A DNA stretch of 64,000 nucleotides, taken from positions 4,712,001 through 4,776,000 of the forward strand of contig CP158635.1 of assembly GCA_050273025.1 (NCBI GenBank), read 5' to 3'. This stretch comes from Cenococcum geophilum (lineage: Eukaryota). Positions 40,451 to 51,500 of the stretch are shown in pieces. A model generated the notes under the pieces. The model made no database searches and was not told where the DNA came from. It was given only the letters and a program-made list of their open reading frames with translations. The stretch's first letter is position 1, and every line of letters begins with the position of its first letter. Position numbers and translations under genes: made by a program.

Positions 40451-41529
40451 CGGGCAATAAGGGGAAGATTTAAGGTTGCTTGGTTACTAATACCTAATAG
40501 CAAAATCTAACGGTATAGTACTACTATTGAGGTATTCTAATACGGGTAGGTTATATAAAGGTTTCGTCCGTAATATATCTAACATATCCCAAAAGTCTAC
40601 CTTTTGCTTATCTTTAAGGTTAAATTTCTAGCCTGTAATAAATTAAATGTTATAGTTAGTAAGAGCATAATAAATAACAGCATATTTTGCCCTGTTGTTC
40701 TTAAAACCGTTAAATACAAAGTAGTAGGTAGTCTATTAACTTATATCTATTAGTGCCGGCTAATAAAGTGCCTTTAAAACATACTAATATTAATAATAGC
40801 CCTTTTATTTTACAGCATAATAAGCTTAATAGCAACAGGGTTTCGGTCCTTATAATTAAGCATATTTATCTAGCGGAGCCAGGTTTACCAATTATTCTAG
40901 TCAGCATTATGTTATAGGTTAATTTAATATCTTATACCAATAAAAAAAGGCAGGAGGCAGATTAAATAAAATAATTAGGATACGCTTTTCTTTGCCATTA
41001 GGGATTTCGTATAGACGTCATATAGTGTATAGGTAGGAGCTGGTAGTCGTTAAGACGTTATAGGCAGTAGTGAAAGTTTTACACGGGATAGTAAGATCTC
41101 GAAAACCACTACTAACGGTTCCCCCTTATAGCAGACAACTACGTATATGCGCTATAACTGTGCAATTAGTAGACAAAAGCGGTAGTTATAAACGTCAGTT
41201 TGTCTGTTCTAATGCCGTCTTACTTTTTATAACAATTTAAAATATAGAGGGAGCTTTAGTTACAGGATGATCCTCTTACGTACTAATTAGGCTTTTAGAA
41301 TAATAAAGATGGCATATATATATAGTCTGTTAGTAGAAAGGATACACCTTAATAAGAATTATTAATATATATTAGGAACGAGAGTTAGTAGGGTTATAGG
41401 CTAGATTACTTAATAGGTATTAAGGTAGTTAGTAGCCGGAGTAATATTAATCTAAACAAAATTTAAACTTTTTAAGGTTTAGTTAGTTATAAGGTAGTTA
41501 ATACTAAGATAATATATTACAAAATATTA

Positions 41530-44500
41530 AATAGTTGTATATTGTCTATATATATATACATTATACTAAGACATACTCTTATTATAGGGGGTCGCTGCTC
41601 TAACTGCACTAGCTATACTATTTCCATTATATCATCATTAGCCTACTAAGTAGGTTGGGCTTTAAATACTTCATAGAACTTATTAATCGTTATCCTTTTA
41701 GTTATTATACGCCTCGCTAATATAACCATATTAATTAGGTTCCACTTATCCGTACTATACGTTATTAACGCAGTAACTACTAGCGCTAGCTGTCTAGATC
41801 TAGCAGCTTAGCCGAATACTTACACCTCTATATTTACTATTATCGCCAGTTTAAGCAAATGGACTCTATACATAGAGACTAAATTTAAACCCTCTCCTCT
41901 AACTCTTTAGTTAATAATAAGAAACTAGACTATGTTATTCTAGTAAGGACCGCCTATTAGAATACGAAACGCTTTATAGATATCCTCCTGGTCTTTTAGG
42001 GATATCCTAAACTCTATCTAGCAAATAGTCGAATATTTAGACTGGCCGAGCCTTTTATAGAAATACTATATTATATTATTAGTAACAGTTTACCACTAGT
42101 CTAATAGCTAACTTATAAGGCGTAATAGCGTATATACCGCTAGTTCGTAACTGCTAAACAGTAGTCTCTTATTAGGATTCCTTTTAAGTACTTTATTAAT
42201 GTATTTTATAATTCCATTTAGTTTCCCAGAGTTAGTAATTATACTTTAATTCTTCTAAAGTGGATTCTTATCTAAAGGTTTATCCTATTTTTCACTACGG
42301 AACTTATTAACTATCTACCTCGGCTTTATTCTAACTTTTGTTTTATCCTTCTACTACGCATCCTACCACTTATCTCCTACCTTAGCCAGGCTTAGAAAGA
42401 TAGTAAAAATTTTTAATAAGCGACCGGCTCCCTCTAGAAATTAATCCATATTAAAGACGGGTTCTTCTCCTTTTCTTTCTTTAGCTTTCTAGTGTCTAAA
42501 AGCTTTATTTAGCTGTTTAAAAGCTTTTAAAGATGCTCCACGCCAGAGCTTCTTAATATACGGTTTAAATATTAAATTATTTATTATATAGCAGTCTTGG
42601 TAGATAACTAGTAGTAGCTTATTAATTACTCTCCTATTAAACCATTGGTCTTCCCCTATCCTGCGTATAATTAAGACCTTTATAATTAAAAAGGAGCATT
42701 CTTTAAAGCCTATAATAACCTTATTTAAAAAAGAAGAGTAATTAGCTACTCCTAGCTTTTTATATTTAATTAACGCTTTAATATTATAATTATTAATTAA
42801 TTTTACATTTGGGGAATCCGTCTAATTAGGGGCCCTAAAAATTTCTAAGGCGGGAATTAGACTTATAAAACCTTCGCTAGTTAGCGTACTGGAAGTAAAC
42901 ACTACTAAAGGTTAAGAGGTGTAGTAGGTTATTTTACTATTGCTGTCCTTATAAGACTGGCCCAGGCGTTAAAAGTAAGGAAATACTACTTAATCATTAT
43001 ATACTTGTTTAGCGATTTTTATTAAATAACCTGTCTCTAACCTGTCTATATAGAACTTATCGGTAAAAATCCCACTAACGATATAACGAGGACCACCGTC
43101 TCTATGGAGATTAAAAATAGTTTTATACTGTTCCTAAGCGGTTTAGGTTATTACCTAAGTTTATAAGGTTATAATTATAAGATACAAAGCCAATCTTAGA
43201 TCTATTTTCCACTAAACCACTTTACCTTCTCCTTTATATTTTATAGGTTTAAGAATATCCCTATCTTTATCCGTAAAATTGTACTTCTTTATACTAGACC
43301 TAATAAAAGCCGTATAGCGCACGCGGACTTATAGTTTACCTTTAGGAATAAAATTATTTAGTTCTAAGGTCTTAAACCATAATTTAACGTCTTCAACCGC
43401 TTAGGGTAGTAGATTCTGTCTAGTAATGTATATAGTTAGTCCTACTAGCCGGTTAAGAAATTTTCTAGCAATACTTCCCTTAATACAACAGCACTGTAGC
43501 ATGCCATCCATTTAACTTAGGCATTAGGCGTTAGGCGGCTGCGGGTATTTATTTATACTAGGGGTAAGATAAAGACTTTCATCTCTACCTTTTTAATTTT
43601 TCCAATTAAGCCAGTTAAGGTTAATCTTGGTTATTAATACGCCAGTATACCAGATTAAAAGCATTTAAAGTATCTTACCTAAACCTATTATATCCGCAAA
43701 AAAGGTCCCACTTAGGGTTATACAATTAAAAAGAGTATAGGTAACACTAAGCAGCTAATATATTTATATAGCTTTACCCTTTTTTATACCGTATAAGTGG
43801 AAGGTTACGTCTTAAAGAGTGTTGCAAATAGTTAACGGAAACGAGAGGAACTATAGCGCCTTTACCCATAATATTGGGTTGATATATACTTCTCGCACGT
43901 CCTTTAGGTAATTAACTTCCTAATTAACCTCCTTAATTTTATCCTTATGTTTATCTTCCGGTTCCTTATTAGTCGAAATAGGGTTAATTAAGGCGTTAAA
44001 GTGGCGGCGCTCCTATATATGGTTAAGATTAATTTCCCTAATACAAATTAGGTTAGGGTTATTATTTATATCCTTAAATAATATATCGATAAACATTTCG
44101 CGATTAAACTTTAGCTATTTATTATACCATCCTTTCATTTCATCCCATAGCATTATCTTAAATGTTTATACTTTGTCTAGATCCATGCCTTTTAAAAGCT
44201 CTAATTTATCTAGTAGGGGCTAGTCTTTACTACTACGGGTCCAGCTATAAGCAGTTTTAATTATAGCTAGCCATATAGCTAATAATGCATTAGTAGGTAT
44301 AGGTGGCGTAGACTTTAGGGTTAATATAGGCTTTAGATTTAACTGCTTAGATATAAGTGGCGTGGACTTTAGGGTTAACTACTTATAACTACTTTAACCT
44401 AGAACAGGTATGTCTGTTCTTCTCCTAGTTAGCACCGGTCGTGCAATATTAAAGTTAGAGTTAGACTTAGAATTACTCTTATTAAATCTTGTACCTATAA

Positions 44501-45407
44501 ACGTACGTTAGATAACTCTATATAATATTATACAATCTTATAAATTATAAAGTCTCTTACGCTTTATAATCCGATTGGGATCTTTAACTCTAATTATAAT
44601 TATATTAAGTCCGGCCTTCTTTATAAAAAGCACTATAAATACTAGGTTTATATAGTTAAGAATTAGTGTACTAGTAGTTAGATCTACTATAGTCCAGCCA
44701 TCCCTATATTTATCCGCCAAGAAGTTTTCACTTATCGCGGCCTATAGCTTGTTATATCCATAGTAATATATATTAATTTTCTCTGAAGAATCAGATAATA
44801 GATGCTTATGCTCAGTTTTTAATGCGAATCCGTATAGAATGGGGGCCCTAGTAAATGGCGTTTTATCTAGGTAACTATATACAGCAAAGCTCATTTTATA
44901 GAATAGTATAGGTATAGTATTTGGCTATTATAGGGCTTTAATAGACAGATTACCGAGTACCTAGGTAGCCTTAGAGGTTGCCCTTAATCTAAATAAGTTA
45001 ATAGACTGCTCTCTAGAAGACAAGGCGCCACGCTTTTAAATAGCATTAGTTATTATAACCTCCACGCCTCTACGTCTATTGGTCATTACGTATTACTATA
45101 TAGATTTTTTGGCGGCAATAGCGAAAGCTTTAAACTCTAATAGTAGATTGGATCTCTTAAACACGTGCCCATACTTAGTATCGAGAAGGTCAAAGACTAT
45201 ACGCTTAACTCCATTTTGTATAGGTCTAGACGTTAGCAACCTACCGCTAAACGCTTTATTAATTTCGCTAGTACAGTATTAGAGGATTTCGCTATATGTT
45301 TTTTCGTTAATTATAAGTCCTTACTACAGCTTTAGACCACTTATTTGCGATAAGTTCTTATTAGTTATAGTAGTTAAGTACTAACTAGATTCTAAATATA
45401 GCGCCAT
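41530..45407 (-). pseudogene. SNF2-family (SF2) helicase/ATPase cargo gene of P, RIP-inactivated
   Basis: Minus strand: motif I GTFFADxMGLGK(T)L (~43670-43710); degenerate motif II/III region (GHLIKN-like ~43015-43035, FLTxTPG ~42960-42985); motif V GEGLNL..V(H)LLEP (~41850-41898); motif VI QVFG(R)AARSGQ (~41790-41823). Candidate ATG at 45407. Confidence 0.8.
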
Positions 45408-45889
45408 TATTATAGTTAGGGACCCTATATATTTATAAGCGGGTAAAAGCTTAATATAGAATAGTATAGAGTAACTTATAAAGATAGTAGAGCGGATAAT
45501 ATATTAGATAATTAGCAATAATATAACAAAATAATCCTAACAGTTATAATAAGAAGGTGTGCTAATAGTGTTAACTTAAGATAATAGCGGATGCTAATAA
45601 GAGCGATTTAAAAGTGATGCGAGAAATAGAACGGAATATAAGTCTTAATATAAGAAGTAAGATAAGATACAAGCTTTAATATAGGCAGTAGAATAAAATA
45701 TAAGACTTAGAGTAAAAAACGGAACAAAAGGTGCGTAGCAAAATAAGATATAAGATTTGCGCTACTAACTAAGTAAATAACAATAAAAGAGCTAATAATT
45801 CTATTCTTTATATTATAACTAGTTAGTAAAGCAGCTCTAGAGAGGTAGGGAAATAAGTTTAGAACAATCTAAGATATTAAAAAATGTTT

Positions 45890-46183
45890 AAGATTGTACG
45901 AAAAAGTAAAATATAATATGGTATTTTATTCCGTAAGTGTAAGGTAAGGTAAAATGCATAGTAAAGAGAGGTAGGGGGATAATCCAAGACATTATAAAAG
46001 GTCCAAGATTGTATAAAAAAAAGTGAAATATAATATAGTATTTTATCCTACAAGTGCAAGATAAGGTAAAGTGCATAGTAAAAAGAGGTAGGGGGATAAT
46101 CTAAGACATTATAAAAAGTCTAAGATTATATAAAATAAAGTAAAATATAATATGGTATTTTATCCCATAAGCGTAAGATAAGG
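45890..46183. repeat. ~120-bp tandem repeat (about 2.5 copies) in the divergent intergenic region of P
   Basis: AAGATTGTA…GGTAGGGGGATAATC…CATTATAAAA unit recurs at ~45890, ~46005 and ~46122. Confidence 0.85.
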
Positions 46184-46647
46184 CTTTAGGATACCCTTTT
46201 ACCTAAAGTACAACCCATTTTTAAGCTATATCACTAATAAAGCAACTTTTTTTTAGGTAAGCTGTTACGTCTACTACACAAGTAACCTAAAACTAGTATC
46301 CTAGATCCTACTTATAGCTACTACACCTCATATTAAAGATATTCGCTAGACTTATTTATATATAGGTCCCGTAGTCCAAATTACATATTAAGCTATCTAC
46401 AACACAGCTATTGTCACTCTAGCCCTATAATACCGTACTCTCATTTATGCGCCTTTTTTTTCTATTTCCTGCCATTATCCGCTTAATCTTTTAAACTTCC
46501 ATAGCCGCCTAAACCAATACTACAGCCTCTTTGTCTTCAAAAACACAACTATATTAAGCTTAGCTCAGCCTTAATTTCTCTTTAAAAATACGGCTACGTT
46601 AAGCTTACCTCGGCCTTAATTTCTCTAAACACACACTACCTAGAAAT

Positions 46648-47443
46648 ATATCCCGCCTTACACGACTACCATAAGCTCTACCTATAATATAGCGTCTAGT
46701 GCCCTAGCGCAGAGCAGGCTCTCTTAAAAGCCGCATTATAATACCTTCTAGAGACTAAACACCTAAAGCTTCTTTAGCCGCTATAAATAAGGGAGATGCC
46801 AATATATAGATCGACAGTGGTATACTAGGTGGAGATAGCCCTAATCTTCGCGAGCTAGGGTAGGATATTAAGGTCAAGCTAGCCGATCTATAGACTAACC
46901 TAAATAACCCATTCTTTTCTGCTAAATCATTCGAAGAGCTCTAACTATATTTTAGCTCTCTGCACCCTAGTAGTATATAGGCTCGTGCTAATATATCTAT
47001 TTAACAGGAAACTAGAGGTGTTAAAAGGAATTCTAAAAATAAACTTTTAAAAGCTATTAAAGATAAGCAGTTAGCCTACGAGACACGGGCTTTCTATTTA
47101 GTTACTTCGCGGGCTTTAAATCATCTATATTATTACTAATACCCATTATCCAGCCTAACCCTTTAGCGTTACCCTAATAACAAATATAAGACTTCCAGGC
47201 GGCAGCTTAAGTTAAATATTAGTTAGAACTCTATATACCTAAGACCGGATGTTATAGTTCTAAGTGCTAACTTATTCAGTTATCTTAACTTAACTAGCAC
47301 TACCTTTAATCCTCCCTTTTTTCTTACTATGGCTTATATAGAAACAACGGAATTATAGGTCCGAATAGCTAATATTATCAGGCTCTGTAACATTAATAGT
47401 AAATAATATCTTCGCTATAGCTATAGTCCTATAGCCATCGCCT
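46648..47443 (+). pseudogene. Accessory ORF relic (~260 codons) upstream of the Plavaka transposase
   Basis: A single frame (SRLTRLP…IDSGILGGDSPNLRELG…) whose stops are RIP-type TAA/TAG; no family recognised. Confidence 0.4.
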
Positions 47444-47814
47444 AAGAATACTGTATATTGTTATTTAGACAAATAAAGGTTTTTTAGGTACTATTAAGTC
47501 TTTAGTTTATAGTTTAGCTACTTTAGACTCTTTTAAGTCCTTAAACTTGGTGTTAAGCTCAGTATTAAGCTAGTCACACTTATACTTTAGCGTCTAGTTT
47601 AGTTGCCTTAGACTCTTAAGTCCTTAAACTTAGTATTAAGCTAGTTATACTTGCGCTTTAACATAACTAGTTCTAGCGAGAAAATAAGAGGTATACTCTT
47701 AGTAGCTATAAAGCTAAGCCACTTAGATTAAATACTAGCAATTAACCGTTAGTACTATAACACGCACTCTTTACACCTAGAAATAATACCACATTGTTTA
47801 ATATATAATTAGCG

Positions 47815-50800
47815 ATAATATAGCGGAGCTATCTATAGTGTTTTTATACCCCCAAGAGTTACAGCGGCCTTTACCGACACCTACGGTGCTATAAAAGGCG
47901 GCTACCTAGCCACTAACACGTCTACAAAAAAACACGTAAAAAGAGATACAACACTTACACGTTTATTACGGCCCAACTACTCATAATTCGCGATTAATTC
48001 TACCACTCTAACTAGTTAGATAACACGCAATTACAACTAGATGGTATAAATACGGATACTAATAAGTACGCTCTAGTAGCGGTAGAATATGAGTAGAATG
48101 CCCACCTAGTGCCTCTATACAGTATACTACATTAAAAAAGCGTCCTATTGTTATTATTATTACTTAAAGTAAAGACATTTAAAGCAACTAAGAATATAAA
48201 GGCAGGTAAACCAATTTCATGCAAGACCAATAATAATATATAGTAAGTTAACTAGATAATTTTAGATATTACTATATAATAACACAATAATAGCTAAAGT
48301 ATACTATACAATCCTTTTTATTCAGAGTTTAATTACGCCTTTTTAATATAGCTGTACCGCATTTGCTGCATAAAGGGAGACGTTAACGCACTACTTAAAG
48401 ACACCCGCCTTAGCCCACTTTATAGCCTACTTAGCTTTTAATCTATAAATTAATAGGAGGAACTAATTACCGCTATTTTATTTAGCATATAAGATAAACA
48501 ATAGCTCCAATTAGAGTATAAGATAGAATTAAATATTAAAGGCTCTAAGCAGAGGAAATACTATATTCTTTACTAGGATATTATAAATATAATTACCTTT
48601 CTAATTAGCTATTGACCCTTTAAAGATACACTAGCATATACACTAAAGAGACTCTATAATACCGACAACCACTAAGTCTATAATAAGCTATACAGCGGTA
48701 ACTAGTAGTAGGAGATATAAGGCAAGGTTCCTAGCGGTGCTATAGTAGTTCCTATACTTATAGCAGTTAATAAGACCTAGCTAATAATACACTATGGCGA
48801 TAAATCGGCCTGGCCGGTATATCTTACTATTAGTAATCTTAACCAACAAGTTTAACGCCAACAAACATCCCCTATAAATATTCTTATCGGTTTTATACCA
48901 GTTATTAAAGAAAAGGATAATAATATAAAAAGTAAAGCATATTATAAGGCGATAAGAACTATACTTAAATATAAGTCCTACTTTAGTATTCTAACGCTAT
49001 ATTCTATAAACTAAAATATAATAGCAATTAAGCATCTTACAGAAAGCGGCATAGACCTTTAATATGCGGATAATTTTATGCGATAATGTTATCTAATTAT
49101 ATATAGAATAATAGCAGACTATAAAGAACAAGTGCTGCTTATAGGTATTAAAAGCCAACAGCACTGCACTATATGCTAGGTCCCCCCTTTAAAGCGTAAA
49201 AACTTAACCAAGAAATAATACCCACTATACACCCATAAGGAGACGAGAAGATAAATTAAACGCCAGCAACTAGAGAACATTCTTCTATCCTTAAATAACT
49301 AGGTACACCCAGTAAAATATTTCGCGTAGCACCATCGCCTATTTAACATCTATAAGGGTATAATAGTAGATGTTCTATATTAGCTTCTAAAGGGTATCAT
49401 TATATGACTTATTAAATGGGTACGGAAACTGGTAGACGATGTCATCTAGCTAAAAAGAAAGAGAAGAGGGATAAAGACAACTATAACAAATATATCTGCG
49501 GAGGCTTAGCTTAATTAGCGTTTTAAACAAATCCTGGCTTTTATAGGGCTAAAACGGTTTAATAATCTATTATTTAGTAAAGTTACTTAATAGACAGGTA
49601 ATAAACAAAAAGCTATAGTTCGTCAACTTATTACTATACTAGCCCTACTACTATCGTCTAGGGAACTATATACTATACATTTTACAAAAGCCGTATACAA
49701 CTTCGTTATTATAGCTTAGTATTATACCTATAATAAGGAGACACTATAATATATACACTACGCCCTATATTAAATTAATATACTTAAAGGCGTATTTTAA
49801 AGTTTCCGTTTAAAGGCAAAGGATTCTAATACGGGCCATTTTAATATACTAAAATTCCATGCCCTTATATATTTTAAGGAAAATATCCGCCTATACAGAT
49901 GCGTAAATAGGTACTACACTAGCGTAAATAGCGAAGCTAGACACCGTTACATTATTAAGGCGTTTTATAACTTAATAAATAAACGGGATTTGCTATCTCA
50001 AATCTACTCTTATAATTTAAGACGGGTAGTAGTACTAGTAATAGAAAACGAAATAGCTTTCACAAATAGTAATTCTGTACTATAGTCTTCCCAGCGTCTA
50101 GAGGTATAGGTTACTTAACTAATATAGCATTTAGCAGTTATAAAGCTTTAGTGGCCTTTAAAAGATATAAATAGGGCAACAGATCTTATCTAGAGGCGTC
50201 TTAAGTTAAAGACGTGGCTTTATATATCTTATATAGTAAACTGCTACGAAATCCCAGGGTTTCTAGACGGTATTACAGTATTTATCTAAAAGTGTAGGCA
50301 AAAACTACAAGGTAAACGTGCCTAGAACTTTAATATAGACCAGAAAGAGAAGGATCCTTTATAGGTTAAGCGCCTACTTATTAAAATATATCCATCTATC
50401 CGCTATTAAAAACGAGACGGAAAAAATACAACCAACCTTAAGGCCTAAATTAGTGAGGTAGTACGTTGCACACTAGATTGGCAATATTCTAACTAGTAAA
50501 GGCGTAATTATATATAGGTTTAAGAGTATATAGATAACGACGACCGTATTAGAAAGGGCCGCATACCGTTAGGTGGAAGACTTATAGGCTAGCTTCAGCT
50601 AATTGTTACTATTCTAGATATTAAAAGGTTAGATAAGTACGGTGTATACGTATAATATACTAGAGCTATAGTAGAGCTACTTTAGCCATTAAATCATAGA
50701 CTGCCGCATCTAATATACAGCATGGTTAAGGTAAAAAGGTAGCCGCGCTTAAGTGTAAATACTAGGCAAGTACTTGGAGGTGGTCGCTTTTATTTAATGC

Positions 50801-50970
50801 CATCTATTCTATAAAGCGCGCATATTGTTCCAGCCACTACTTCTTATCCAGATTTATACTATATCAATAATTATATTAATTAGGACCAATATAATACTCT
50901 ATACTCAGACAACTTTCTTAAAAAAGAAACCCGCATCGCGTTATTATATAAAAGCTAGGATAAATAGTAA
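47815..50970 (+). pseudogene. Plavaka transposase, RIP-inactivated
   Basis: N-terminal C2H2-like CxxC…LYRHLRCH (~47830-47893); VPILxAxDKT…GDKSAWPVYLTI(G)NL (~48748-48840); LIGFIP; IADYxEQVLLxGIK…HCTICxVP (~49111-49185); VDVLHQLLKG (~49365-49395); HFNIPKFHAL (~49837-49866); HIVPA…YYINNYIxWDQYNTLY (~50820-50902). Confidence 0.9.
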
Positions 50971-50994
50971 AAGTAGCTAAGCTAGTATAGAACC

Positions 50995-51500
50995 TATATA
51001 AGACTATATAGGACTATATAAGATTGTATAAGATTATATAAGATTATATAAGATTATATAAGATTATATAAAATTATTTTAATCCTAATATATATTATAA
51101 GCTAGCATACTATAGGCTAAGAAAATAATAAAAATTCATTTGCGTAATTAGCATACAACTTTAAAATAATATATTACATTACCTTAATTGTATGTCAAGG
51201 AATATGCAGTTAGCTTTTAAAGTTATTAAGTTAGTTAACTGCGTATTATTTAAATTTTAAGTTGGTTAATTACATGTTAAGGAATATGCAGTTAGCTTTT
51301 AAAGTTGTTAAGTAGGTTAACTACGTATTATTTAACTTTTAAATATATTAAGTTGGTTAATTGCGTATTAAATTAGTTAAGTTACATATTAAGTTAGTTA
51401 ATTGCGTATTAAGTTGGTTAAGTTATATATTAAGTTAGTCAATTGCGTATTAAGTTAGTTAATTACGTGTCGAGTTAGTTAAATTGCATGTCAATTACGC
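50995..51500. repeat. Subterminal repeats of P: 10-bp AAGATTATAT array (~50995-51080) and ~20-bp AAGTTAGTTAATTGCGTATT array (~51170-51500)
   Basis: Directly visible tandem units just inside the right TIR, as expected for CMC elements. Confidence 0.85.

Noticed and set aside
40089..40460. Overlapping repetitive ORFs on both strands
   Set aside because: Artefacts of the 18/21-bp minisatellite.
37400..45407. Helitron interpretation of the helicase relics
   Set aside because: The motifs are UPF1/ZNFX1-like SF1 and SNF2-like SF2, not PIF1. No Rep (HUH) motifs or TC…CTRR ends were found.
41530..45407. Calling the SNF2 relic a SAD-6/Rad54 ortholog (which would pair neatly with the SAD-3-like fragment)
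   Set aside because: Only generic SNF2 motifs are readable, so subfamily assignment needs a phylogeny. The two genes also belong to separate nested elements.
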